The position numbers and the translations under genes were made by a program. Below are positions 29,826 to 38,760 of a DNA stretch of 64,000 nucleotides, one piece after another (position 1 is the stretch's first letter; every line of letters starts with the position of its first letter). This stretch comes from a virus (lineage: Duplodnaviria > Caudoviricetes). The stretch spans positions 1 to 64,000 of IMG/VR virus record IMGVR_UViG_3300032335_001059; one strand, written 5' to 3'. The notes beneath the pieces are model-generated. The model was not told the origin of the DNA. It did no database searches and was given only the letters and a program-made list of their open reading frames with translations.

Positions 29826-29918
29826 ATCAGATACTCGAAAGAGTGGCAATTAGAGAACTCATTAAAAATGTGTTGGTTACGAGAAAACAGAATATCGCTC
29901 AAAATTGCTTCTGCTGAT
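29826..29918 (+). ncRNA. Candidate structured leader upstream of splB-like gene
   Basis: atcag/ctgat closing stem, actc-gaaa-gagt GNRA hairpin, gcaatt/aattgc stem. Confidence 0.35.
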
Positions 29919-29938
29919 TTTAAATTAAATGAAAAGTT

Positions 29939-30796
29939 ATGAAAACAAAAGAAGTAATTAGAAAAGCTTTAGATATTAAAGAATCAGGTAGAAGTAGTGA
30001 TTTTATAACACCTAGTTTTATTTATGAATGTGGTCTAAATTGTTCATACTGCTATGTTAAAAGACATAGAGCAAAATCTATTACAATTGCTAAAAACATA
30101 GGAGATTTACTTACAGTAGTAAATACTCATGTTACATGGTTGCCTAAAAAAGAACCTAATCAAACGCATGATATTTATTATACGTATGACATAGGATGTA
30201 ATAGCGATATAGGTTTACACAGAAAACAAATTAATTGGAAATATATTTTTGATTTTTTTAAAAATAACGATAAAGCTATGGCAACATTTGCTACTAAAGT
30301 TATTCCTTTAGATTTTTTAAATTATAATCCTGAAAATAAAATAAGAATTAGATTTAGTTTAATGCCACAAAAATATTCTGATTTGTTAGAACCTAATACA
30401 TCTAAAATAATTGATAGAATTAAAGCTATTGATGCATTTATAGATTCAGGTTATGATGTTCATATTAATTTTTCTCCTGTAATTGTAACTGATAATTGGT
30501 TAGAAGAATACAAAGATTTATTTCAAATGGTTAATGATTATGTAGATTATAAAGATGTAGTTAAAAGTGAAGTTATATTTCTTACTCATAATAAAAATAA
30601 ACATATTGATAATTTAAATAACAATGTAAAAGGTGAAGATTTATTATGGAATCCTGAAATACAAGAAAATAAAACTTCTCAATATGGTGGTATAAATATA
30701 CGTTACAAACATAATCTAAAGTACCAATACATTGAAGAATTTAAAAAGATTCATAATGAAATAATTCCTTGGAATATAATAAGATATATATTTTAA
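29939..30796 (+). CDS. splB: Spore photoproduct lyase-like radical SAM protein
   Basis: CGLNCSYCY (CxxxCxxC), RSSDFITPS, YDIGCNSD, RIRFSL, HINFSPV motifs of the SplB family. Confidence 0.75.
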   Translation: MKTKEVIRKALDIKESGRSSDFITPSFIYECGLNCSYCYVKRHRAKSITIAKNIGDLLTVVNTHVTWLPKKEPNQTHDIYYTYDIGCNSDIGLHRKQINWKYIFDFFKNNDKAMATFATKVIPLDFLNYNPENKIRIRFSLMPQKYSDLLEPNTSKIIDRIKAIDAFIDSGYDVHINFSPVIVTDNWLEEYKDLFQMVNDYVDYKDVVKSEVIFLTHNKNKHIDNLNNNVKGEDLLWNPEIQENKTSQYGGINIRYKHNLKYQYIEEFKKIHNEIIPWNIIRYIF

Positions 30797-30802
30797 AACA
30801 AT

Positions 30803-30956
30803 AGTCAGGTGGCGGAATGGTAGACGCTGATAATGGGTTTCTTTAAGAAAAACGATGGATACCAACTAAGTAGTGTTTTATGCCTTCGGGTATTGGGTCT
30901 TAATAAAGAAAATTTGAAAATGGTTTTTCGTACAGGTTCGAATCCTGTCCTCGACC
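30803..30956 (+). ncRNA. tRNA-like RNA 1: Leu/Ser-type D-arm and T-arm, ~100-nt branched insert replacing the anticodon arm
   Basis: GTCAGG-TG-GCGGAATGGTAGACGC ... ACAGG-TTCGAAT-CCTGT-CCT(C)GAC; no canonical anticodon loop; no CCA. Confidence 0.65.
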
Positions 30957-30969
30957 GAACAATGTGAAT

Positions 30970-31006
30970 GAGAGGTATAGAAATATATCTCTCTTCTATT
31001 GTTTTT
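30970..31006 (+). terminator. Hairpin/terminator after tRNA-like RNA 1
   Basis: gagaggtata-gaaa-tatatctctc followed by T-rich sequence. Confidence 0.55.
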
Positions 31007-31029
31007 TAAATAAAAGGTTCGTATATTTG
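30998..31029 (+). promoter_or_regulatory. Bacteroidota-type promoter for the HNH gene
   Basis: ATTG-N20-TATATTTG, 21 nt upstream of ATG 31051. Confidence 0.6.
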
Positions 31030-31050
31030 TGACTACAAAATTATAAATAT

Positions 31051-31467
31051 ATGAAAAGGTTTTTTGACAAAATAGAAAAAACAGAAACTTGTTGGATATG
31101 GACAGCAGGTTGTAGGGGTAAATCAGGATATGGAGCGTTCAAATTAGCTGGCAAAGTAATAGATGCTCATAGAATATCTTATGAATTACATAATGGCATT
31201 ATTCCTAAAGGAATGTATGTATGTCATACTTGCGATAATAGAAAATGTGTTAATCCTAATCATTTATTTTTAGGAACAGCAAAAGAAAATCATCAAGATG
31301 CTGTTAATAAAGGTAGAATTATATTTGGATGGAATACTGAAAAATTAAAAAAACATCCAAGTAGAGGTGCTTATTTAAGAGGATGTAGATGTGATGAATG
31401 TAAAGCTATTAACAATATGATATCTAAAAGATATAGGGCAAGTTTAAAAGCAAAAAAACTGTCCTGA
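31051..31467 (+). CDS. Free-standing HNH homing endonuclease with C-terminal GCRC zinc finger
   Basis: CWIWT...GYG...AHRISY...[16 protein letters not shown]. Confidence 0.85.
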   Translation: MKRFFDKIEKTETCWIWTAGCRGKSGYGAFKLAGKVIDAHRISYELHNGIIPKGMYVCHTCDNRKCVNPNHLFLGTAKENHQDAVNKGRIIFGWNTEKLKKHPSRGAYLRGCRCDECKAINNMISKRYRASLKAKKLS

Positions 31468-31486
31468 CAACTAAAAATAAAAAAAT

Positions 31487-31672
31487 ATGGGATTTTTATC
31501 AAACATGTTGAGTGCAACAGTTAAAACAGTTTTAACTCCAGTTGCGGTTGTAAAAGATGCAGTTAATGTAGTAACAGGTGAAGAAGCTGATGCTACTAAA
31601 AATTTATTTTCGTCGGCAGTTGAAGATGTCGAAGAAGGATTCGATGATTTAGGAGAAGGAGAACTCCTTTAA
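31487..31672 (+). CDS. Small acidic hypothetical protein
   Basis: 61 aa between the two tRNA-like elements. Confidence 0.65.
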   Translation: MGFLSNMLSATVKTVLTPVAVVKDAVNVVTGEEADATKNLFSSAVEDVEEGFDDLGEGELL

Positions 31673-31677
31673 AAAAT

Positions 31678-31783
31678 AGTCAGGTGGTGTAAAAGTAACA
31701 CATGGGTGACGTTTAACAGAGTATCATTAGTGACACTCTGTAAACAAAAAACCAAGCAACAGGCGCAGTACCTGTCCTGACAA
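31678..31783 (+). ncRNA. tRNA-like RNA 2: acceptor, D and T arms, with an extended hairpin replacing the anticodon arm
   Basis: GTCAGG/CCTGAC acceptor, GTGT/ACAC D-stem, ACAGG-CGCAGTA-CCTGT T-arm, GTTT.ACAGAGT/ACTCTGTAAAC long arm. Confidence 0.6.
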
Positions 31784-31788
31784 CTAAG

Positions 31789-31985
31789 CTTTCTGTATGG
31801 TGTGTAGAGAGATTCTACAACTCAAAGTCTTGTAAATTTGGCATGAAACAGTAAGAAAGCACTTTCCATTAGTGATGATACGTAAACATAAAATGTTAAG
31901 TAACTCTTGTAGCAAAAGACGTTATTATGGAGTGGTCACAGAAGGACTGTTGGAAAGTCATTATTGGTCTACGTAATTAGACTTT
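31789..31985 (+). ncRNA. Candidate ~200-nt structured RNA
   Basis: gctttct/agaaagc (31789-95/31854-60), actttcca/tggaaagt (31861-68/31949-56), several internal hairpins; non-coding. Confidence 0.5.
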
Positions 31986-32004
31986 AAGGGTAAAATGTGT
32001 GTGT

Positions 32005-32035
32005 AAACTCTAGGTATTACGGCCTAGAGTTTTTT
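32005..32035 (+). terminator. Intrinsic terminator just upstream of polB
   Basis: aaactctagg-tattacgg-cctagagttttt. Confidence 0.75.
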
Positions 32036-32048
32036 AAATTTAAAAATT

Positions 32049-33914
32049 ATGAAAAGAACATGGGTATATGATTTAGAAGTATTTAAAGAAATATTTACTG
32101 CGACATTTATTGATAAAGATAGTGACGAAACAAAAGTTTTTGTTATTACTAAAGATAAAGATGATAGAAAAGAATTTTTTAACTTTTTATCAAATGAAGT
32201 TAAAGCTTTGATTGGTTATAATAATCTACATTACGATAGTCAGATAATAGAATATTTCTTAAAAAATAAAAATGCTACAACTCAGCAACTTAGAGATTAT
32301 TCAGATTTAATTATTACTTCTGAAAATAGAAAACCTGATTATCCTGAATGGAAATTAACTATAAATCAATTAGATTTATTTAAAGCATTAAGTTTAAGTA
32401 CATCTGCTAAACGTACAGGTTTAAAATGGTGTGAATTTATGTTAGATTTTCCTAATATAGAAGAAATACCTGATACATTAGATTTAGAATCAGTTTTATA
32501 TTACAATCTAAATGACGTTCAAGCAACTAAATTTCTTTACAAAACTTATTATCATGAAATAGAATTAAGAAAAACTTTAACCGAATCTGAAAAAGTAAAT
32601 TTAATGAATTGTACTGAACCAGATATGGCTAAAAAATTATTTTTAAGATATTTATCTGATGAAACTGGAATACCAGAAAATGAGTTAAAAGCTTTAAGAA
32701 CTAAAAGAGATATTATAAATGTAAAAGATATAATATTTCCATATGTTAAGTTTGAAACAGAAACTTTTAATTTAGTTTTAAATGAGTTTAATAAACTTAA
32801 AATAAGACCTGATGAAAAGTTTACTTTTACATTACCTTATCAAGGAATAGAAATAGATTATGGTTTAGGTGGTTTGCATGCTGCTCCTAAAAATAATATT
32901 GTTGTAACTACTCAAACTCATACAATTAAAACTGTAGATGCAACAAGTTATTATCCTCATTTAGATTTTCAAAATGATTTATGTCCTGCTCATTTACCTA
33001 AAGATGCATTTTTAAAATTATATAAAGGTTTTTATCTTAAAAGAAAAGAAATACCAAAATCTAATCCTAAAAACTATATATTAAAAATTATTTTAAATGC
33101 TAGTTATGGTCTAATGAATGATGAATATAGTTTTCTTCAAGACCCTTTAGTAGGTTTAACTATATGTATTAATGGTCAATTACTTTTATCAATGCTAGTA
33201 GAAAAAGTTACAACTGAAATATCTGGTAGTAAATTAATTATGATTAATACAGATGGTTGTGAGTTTTTAATACCTAATGAAGATATAGATAAATATATGT
33301 CTATATGTAAATGGTGGGAAGATTTGACAACTATACCTTTAGAACATGATACTTATAATAAAATGATTATAAAGGATGTAAACAATTACATAAGTATATA
33401 TAGTAATGGTAAAACTAAATGTAAAGGTATGTTTGAATTTGAAAACATTCCTCTTCATAAAAATAAATCATATTCTATTATACCTTTAGCTATATATAAT
33501 TATTTTGTAAAAGGTATAGCTATTGAAGATACTATACGTAATTATAAAAATATATATAGTTTTTGTGCTGGAGTTAAAGCAAGTAGTTCACCTGAAAAAG
33601 GTAAATCTAAATTTGTTCTTTATCAAGTAATTGATGGTAAATTAGAAAGAAAAAAATTATCTAAAATAGTTAGATATTTTGTTTCTAAAAGAGGAGGTTA
33701 TCTTATTAAAGAATATGCAGATAATACTACTGCTCAAGTAGAAGCTCCTGTTATGAAAGGAAATAAGTTAATTAAAGAATGGAAAGTTACTTATTTTAAT
33801 AATTATTATGAGTTACCGATAGAAGAGTATAATATTGATTATAGTTATTATACAAGTAAAGCTAGAGAAATTATAAACAATATAGAAAATATACAACAAT
33901 TAAAGTTATTATAA
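32049..33914 (+). CDS. polB: DNA polymerase family B (crAss-type)
   Basis: Exo I VYDLE, Exo II YNNLHYD, Exo III YNLND; pol motifs DATSYYP, KIILNASYG, INTDG. Confidence 0.9.
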   Translation: MKRTWVYDLEVFKEIFTATFIDKDSDETKVFVITKDKDDRKEFFNFLSNEVKALIGYNNLHYDSQIIEYFLKNKNATTQQLRDYSDLIITSENRKPDYPEWKLTINQLDLFKALSLSTSAKRTGLKWCEFMLDFPNIEEIPDTLDLESVLYYNLNDVQATKFLYKTYYHEIELRKTLTESEKVNLMNCTEPDMAKKLFLRYLSDETGIPENELKALRTKRDIINVKDIIFPYVKFETETFNLVLNEFNKLKIRPDEKFTFTLPYQGIEIDYGLGGLHAAPKNNIVVTTQTHTIKTVDATSYYPHLDFQNDLCPAHLPKDAFLKLYKGFYLKRKEIPKSNPKNYILKIILNASYGLMNDEYSFLQDPLVGLTICINGQLLLSMLVEKVTTEISGSKLIMINTDGCEFLIPNEDIDKYMSICKWWEDLTTIPLEHDTYNKMIIKDVNNYISIYSNGKTKCKGMFEFENIPLHKNKSYSIIPLAIYNYFVKGIAIEDTIRNYKNIYSFCAGVKASSSPEKGKSKFVLYQVIDGKLERKKLSKIVRYFVSKRGGYLIKEYADNTTAQVEAPVMKGNKLIKEWKVTYFNNYYELPIEEYNIDYSYYTSKAREIINNIENIQQLKLL

Positions 33915-33915
33915 A

Positions 33916-35130
33916 ATGGATAGAAATAAAAGGCAAGAAGAAATAATAAATAATTGGATTCAACATAAAGCTATGGGTTTTGTCGAAGCATTCACAGGTT
34001 TTGGTAAAACAAGATTAGCTATTCTTGCTATACAAGAATGCAATAGACGTGATGCAAATAGAGTAACTCATGTAATAGTACCGACAACAACTTTAAAAAA
34101 TAGCTGGACAAAATCTAAAAAAGGTTTTATTGATACATTTAAACTTAAAAACGTAGAAGTATTTGTTATTAATACATATATAAAATTTGACAGAAGTTGT
34201 GATTTGTTAATTTGTGACGAGGTTCATAGAATGACAAATGATAACGCTTTACATTTTACTAAAGTAATTAATGAAACTAGATATAACTGGTTTTTAGGTT
34301 TATCTGCAACATTAGAAGCAAATCATATAGCTTTTCTTAACAGAAAAAATATAGTATCTGTAGGTAAAGTTACTGCTCAAGAATGTAAAGAAAATGGTTG
34401 GGTTGCTGATTTTATTACAATTAATTTTGGAGTAGAGTTAGATGATGTAGATAGAAATCATTACGATACATTACATAAATCTTTTAACAAATATTTTGCT
34501 ACTTTTGGTCATGACTTTGATAAAGCTATGTCTTGTTTGACTAATAAAAATATTAGAGAAGCTCATGCAAGAGAGTTTAATATACCTGTTGAAAGAGTTA
34601 TGATATCTGCTTTAGAATGGAATCGTAATATGAGAGAACGTAAAAATTTTCTTTACCATGCTCATTCTAAAATGACTGTAGCTAAAGAGTTAACTAAACT
34701 TGACAAACATATGATTTGTTTTAGCGAGTCTGTAGATTTTACTCAACAATTATGTGATGAAATAGGTGAAAAAGCAGTAAGTTATCATTCTAAAAATGGA
34801 GTTAAAGCTAATAGAGAAGCTTTACGTAAATTTATGGATAAGAGAACTAAAGTTAATTGTATATGTACTGCTAAATCTATGGATGAGGGTTTTGATGCTC
34901 CTGATGCTGATATGGCTATTATTTGTTCAAGAACAAGTAAACGTATTCAAAATGGTCAAAGGTCTGGTAGAATTTGTAGAGCTAAAGAAGGTAAAAAAGC
35001 ATATGTAATTAATTTATATGTAAAAAATTCTCAAGATGAAGTTTGGTTACGTAAAGCAAGTAAAGGAACTCAATGTTTATGGTTAGACGATTTAGAACAA
35101 TTAAAACAATTAGTAAATGACAGTAGATGA
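33916..35130 (+). CDS. Superfamily 2 helicase
   Basis: TGFGKT, DEVH, SAT, MDEGFD, QRSGR. Confidence 0.85.
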   Translation: MDRNKRQEEIINNWIQHKAMGFVEAFTGFGKTRLAILAIQECNRRDANRVTHVIVPTTTLKNSWTKSKKGFIDTFKLKNVEVFVINTYIKFDRSCDLLICDEVHRMTNDNALHFTKVINETRYNWFLGLSATLEANHIAFLNRKNIVSVGKVTAQECKENGWVADFITINFGVELDDVDRNHYDTLHKSFNKYFATFGHDFDKAMSCLTNKNIREAHAREFNIPVERVMISALEWNRNMRERKNFLYHAHSKMTVAKELTKLDKHMICFSESVDFTQQLCDEIGEKAVSYHSKNGVKANREALRKFMDKRTKVNCICTAKSMDEGFDAPDADMAIICSRTSKRIQNGQRSGRICRAKEGKKAYVINLYVKNSQDEVWLRKASKGTQCLWLDDLEQLKQLVNDSR

Positions 35131-35623
35131 AGAACTTAAAAAATTATATGATTTATCAGATTTGATTAATTTGCGTATAAACTTTTTAACTAAAAATGAT
35201 ATAGAGTTTTTAAATAAAAATCGTTCATATTTTAACAAGCATATTGCTGAGTTTATTATTGATTTTATTACTGATGCTGAAAATATAAATAAAAAATTAT
35301 TGACTTCTTCTTCTAGAAAACAAGAAATAGTTGCAGCTAGAATGCTTTGTCAATATTTTATAAAAATGTATACTAGTTTTACATTAAAGCAAATAGGTGA
35401 AATTTTTGGAAATCGTCAATATTCAACAATAATACATGCTGTTAAAACAGTAAATAACGGATTAGAAACTAACCGTAATGATTTTAATAATTTTAACTTA
35501 TATGACGAAAGAATCAGAAATTACCGAAATACTGTTGTTGCTAAAGCAAAACTTATCTCCGCAAAATCTTGTGAAGAAGTTTTCAGCGGAGAATATATCG
35601 ACAGCCTTATGGATTATAAATAA
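35117..35623 (+). CDS. Protein with DnaA C-terminal (domain IV) HTH
   Basis: SRKQEIVAARMLCQYF...TLKQIGEIFGNRQYSTIIHAVKTV. Confidence 0.75.
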   Translation: MTVDEELKKLYDLSDLINLRINFLTKNDIEFLNKNRSYFNKHIAEFIIDFITDAENINKKLLTSSSRKQEIVAARMLCQYFIKMYTSFTLKQIGEIFGNRQYSTIIHAVKTVNNGLETNRNDFNNFNLYDERIRNYRNTVVAKAKLISAKSCEEVFSGEYIDSLMDYK

Positions 35624-35730
35624 CGAAGAAGTTGTTGAAATAGAAGAAGATTTTGAAATGTTAAATAAAAAATAATGTTCTTGTTTTCTGGGAATTAATT
35701 TCGTATGAGAGATTTAAATAGAAAAACAAA

Positions 35731-36315
35731 ATGCTGTTAGATAACCCAGAAAATTACGTAGACTTTCTATGTAAAAACAAGTTAAAGACTAATCAGTTTC
35801 TTCTACTCTATTTATTATATACTGAGAAAATGGTAAAACAAGGTGCATCCTTGAAATTTACCAAAGGAGGTTTAATATATAAATGGAGTCATGAAGGAGC
35901 TGGTTGGACTAAAGACGAGATAAAAGATTTAGTAAACAAAGAATATGTTATATCTTTATCTCAAGATTATGCTTTTGACCAACTTATACTTACAAGTAAA
36001 TTTGTAGATTTGATGTTTATTAATGGTGGCGAAGCTTTTGAAGAATTATTAGAATTATATCCAGATACTTTTATGGTTAATTCGACAAAAGTTTTTACAA
36101 AAACTGTAGATTTAGAAGAATTAGAGAAAAATTATGTAAAAGCCATTAAAAATTCTCAAAATAAGCACGAAGAAGTTAAAGAATTATTAACTTACGCTAT
36201 TGAAAAGAACTTACTAAATATGAAAATAGACAAATTTATAGCAGGTAAAGTTTGGGAAAGTATAAAGAAAATTAAAGAATCGGAAGGAGAAGGCTTTGGA
36301 AAATCTATCTATTAG
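35731..36315 (+). CDS. Replication-associated protein upstream of DnaB (possible loader/initiator)
   Basis: 194 aa, overlaps DnaB start; FEELLELYP motif. Confidence 0.5.
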   Translation: MLLDNPENYVDFLCKNKLKTNQFLLLYLLYTEKMVKQGASLKFTKGGLIYKWSHEGAGWTKDEIKDLVNKEYVISLSQDYAFDQLILTSKFVDLMFINGGEAFEELLELYPDTFMVNSTKVFTKTVDLEELEKNYVKAIKNSQNKHEEVKELLTYAIEKNLLNMKIDKFIAGKVWESIKKIKESEGEGFGKSIY

Positions 36316-37231
36316 TGGTTTACAACATATATCGGAAATTGTAGACGAAACAAATGAAATTATACGAAAGTATAAATCAGGAGAATTAAGACCATTTAAA
36401 ACATTTAGTAATAAACTAAATGATAAAATTACTGGTATATATAAAGGCGACCAATTAGTATTGCCTGCTCGTTCGGGCGTGGGTAAAAGTGCTTTTGTTA
36501 CTATACTTGTAAAAGATTTAGCAATTAAATATCCTGATTTAGTTTTTATTTATTGGTCATTCGAGATGCGTTCATGGCAAAATGTAGCTCGTATGTATTC
36601 TGCCGAAGCAATGTTACCTGTAAAAGAAATGTTATCTGCTAATACACCTTTAGAAGAAGATACGTATGCTTCACTTGTTAATGCTGGTAATGAGTTAAGA
36701 AAAATACCTATGTATTTTAGAGACATTCCTGTTAACTTTAAACAATGGGAAAGTAAAGTAGAAGAGGTATCAACATTGTTTCCAAATAGAACTATAGTTA
36801 ATATAGTAGACCATACTCGTTTGATAACATCATCTAACGAAAAAACAGAAGAAGAAAAAATTACTAATCTAATGCTTGCTGGAGTAAGATTAAAAAACAA
36901 ACTAGAATGTATTAACATATTCTTGTCTCAACTTAATAGAAAAATAGAAGACGGTGAGAGAAGTGATGTCGGTACTACTGGTATTCTTCCTAGTTATATT
37001 TTCGGTGCAGATAGTGTTATGCAATGTGCAACACTTGTGTTAGCATTACATAGACCAGAGATGTATGACCTTAGTAGATATAAAAGTCTAGATACTAAAA
37101 ACTTACTGATTACTCAAATTTTAAAACAACGCGAGGGTGAATTGTGTGAAATTGCTATGTATCATAACTTAGCAATTAATAGAATATATGATAGCCCTCC
37201 ACAACAAGGACAAATCAATTTTAATTTATGA
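36296..37231 (+). CDS. dnaB: DnaB-like replicative helicase
   Basis: ARSGVGKS, SFEM, IVDH, LSQLNR, KQREG. Confidence 0.85.
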   Translation: MENLSISGLQHISEIVDETNEIIRKYKSGELRPFKTFSNKLNDKITGIYKGDQLVLPARSGVGKSAFVTILVKDLAIKYPDLVFIYWSFEMRSWQNVARMYSAEAMLPVKEMLSANTPLEEDTYASLVNAGNELRKIPMYFRDIPVNFKQWESKVEEVSTLFPNRTIVNIVDHTRLITSSNEKTEEEKITNLMLAGVRLKNKLECINIFLSQLNRKIEDGERSDVGTTGILPSYIFGADSVMQCATLVLALHRPEMYDLSRYKSLDTKNLLITQILKQREGELCEIAMYHNLAINRIYDSPPQQGQINFNL

Positions 37232-37642
37232 CAGATGCAATAGTTGTTCAAGAACAACAAATCACAAAGCCAGTTCCTGCTAACGAAATGGAACAATTAC
37301 AATTACTTATTGACTCAAAAGTACTTCCTTCTAACATCAAAACAATTGAGCAAGCATTTGCTATTGCTCAATATGGTAAAGATTTAGGAATGAAGCCTAT
37401 GCAAGCTTTTCATCAAATTTATTCTATTCAGGGTAGATTAGCTCTTTCATCTAAAGCATTAGGTGCTTTGATGTGGAGAAATGATATATCTATAAAAACA
37501 ATAAAAGATGGCGAAATTGTAGTAAGAGGAGTTGATAGTAATGGAGTAGAAATAAAAGATAGAGTAACTACTATCGAGTTTTACAGAGGAAACATTGTAG
37601 AAACTACAAGTTTTTATTGGTCTGATGCTGTTAAAGCAGGGT
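37228..37642 (+). CDS. RecT/Bet-like ssDNA-annealing protein, exon 1
   Basis: AQYGKDLGMKPMQA...FYWSDAVKAG; continues in exon 2 after intron removal (junction +/-1 nt). Confidence 0.7.
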
Positions 37643-38565
37643 TAAGAGTTTAGCTCTGGGTAAATTGGGTTAATTCGGTGAAAGTCCATCAATAATTATA
37701 GACATTTTGTAAAAAAATGTACTATACTTGTAAGGATAATACCGAGCCAAGTTATAATTTAAATAATTATAAAAGGTGTAGAGACTAGGTATTGAAACTA
37801 TTTAAAAATAGAATATAATATACCCACGAAATCCCAATATTAAAATGTATAAAAAAGAAGAATGGAAACCTATTTTAGGTTTTAACAATTATTTAGCTAG
37901 TAATTTAGGAAGAATTAAAACAAAAACTGGAAAAATTTTAAAAGGATATGACCAAAATGGTTATAAAATTGTTAAAATAACAAACAACTTAAATAAAAGA
38001 AAAACAATAGGTGTACATAGACTTATTGCTTTAGCTTTTTTACCAAATCCTAATAATTTACCAAGTGTTAATCATATTAATAAAGTAAGAAATGATAACA
38101 CTATTGAAAATTTAGAATGGATGTCTGTAAAAGACAATAATGTTCATTCTAAAAAAAGAAAAAAAACTTCTTTTCAAGCAAATTCAGTATTTTATGAACG
38201 AGATTTAAAACTTATTCATTTAATGCTTGAATATAATATTCCAAGAGAGCTTATAGAAAAAATATATCAAATTGAACGCAACACACTTACTAATTTATTT
38301 AATGATAAAACATATAAAGAAGATTGTGTCAAACTTGATTTAAATTTTAATAAATTTTCTAAAAAAAGAACAGCTAAAACAATTGAAGAACATAAACAAG
38401 AAATTAAACAATTATTGCAACAAAATTATAGTTGTCGCAGTATTGCTAAAAAATTTAATGTTTCTCATTCGTCAATAATAAATTTTAATAAAGATATAGT
38501 CCGAACTACAGTAAATGATAAATCTGTAGAGCTAAAAGATAAAGAGCTTTTAGGTTAACAAATTG
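37643..38565 (+). mobile_element. Group I intron 1 (923 nt) with HNH gene in the P8 loop
   Basis: P1 cagggt/agctctg with U.G pair; P3 37664-69/37833-38; P4 37675-79/37741-45; R aaggtgtagagacta 37773-87; S aagatatagtcc 38491-502; ends in G; removal restores the frame. Confidence 0.85.
37845..38558 (+). CDS. Intron-encoded NUMOD4-HNH homing endonuclease with C-terminal HTHs
   Basis: EEWKPILGF...SNLGRI...VHRLIALAFLPNP..LPSVNHINKVRNDN..ENLEW. Confidence 0.85.
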   Translation: MYKKEEWKPILGFNNYLASNLGRIKTKTGKILKGYDQNGYKIVKITNNLNKRKTIGVHRLIALAFLPNPNNLPSVNHINKVRNDNTIENLEWMSVKDNNVHSKKRKKTSFQANSVFYERDLKLIHLMLEYNIPRELIEKIYQIERNTLTNLFNDKTYKEDCVKLDLNFNKFSKKRTAKTIEEHKQEIKQLLQQNYSCRSIAKKFNVSHSSIINFNKDIVRTTVNDKSVELKDKELLG

Positions 38566-38753
38566 GGACTACTAAAGACAATTGGGTTAAAATGCCTAAA
38601 CACATGCTTTATGCTCGTTGTTTAGCTTTAGGTGCTAATCGTATTGCACCAGACATGTTACTAGGTCTATATACTGTTGAAGAAATGGTAGATGTAACAA
38701 ATGCAAGTAATGTAAGTATTACTGAAGACGGAGATGTAAAAATTATTAATTAA
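38566..38753 (+). CDS. RecT/Bet-like protein, exon 2 (not in ORF track)
   Basis: TTKDNWVKMPKHMLYARCLALGANRIAPDMLLGLYTVEEM...; spliced product 200 aa. Confidence 0.75.
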
Positions 38754-38760
38754 AAAAAAG

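Noticed and set aside
29826-29918. SAM-I riboswitch
   Set aside because: The P3-like stem is fully paired (no GCAAC/GUGC pocket) and the kink-turn/pseudoknot elements are absent
30803-30956. Canonical tRNA-Leu/Ser, or a tRNA with a group I intron
   Set aside because: No 7-nt anticodon loop; the ~100-nt insert has no P/Q/R/S core and is too short for a group I intron
31789-31985. RNase P RNA
   Set aside because: Short look-alike motifs (ggaaagtc, cacagaa, gtaaac) occur in the wrong order and the region is too short
35478-35675. 65-aa ORF or programmed frameshift extension of the DnaA-like gene
   Set aside because: It overlaps the upstream gene by 146 nt and no slippery site with a stimulatory structure was identified; unsupported
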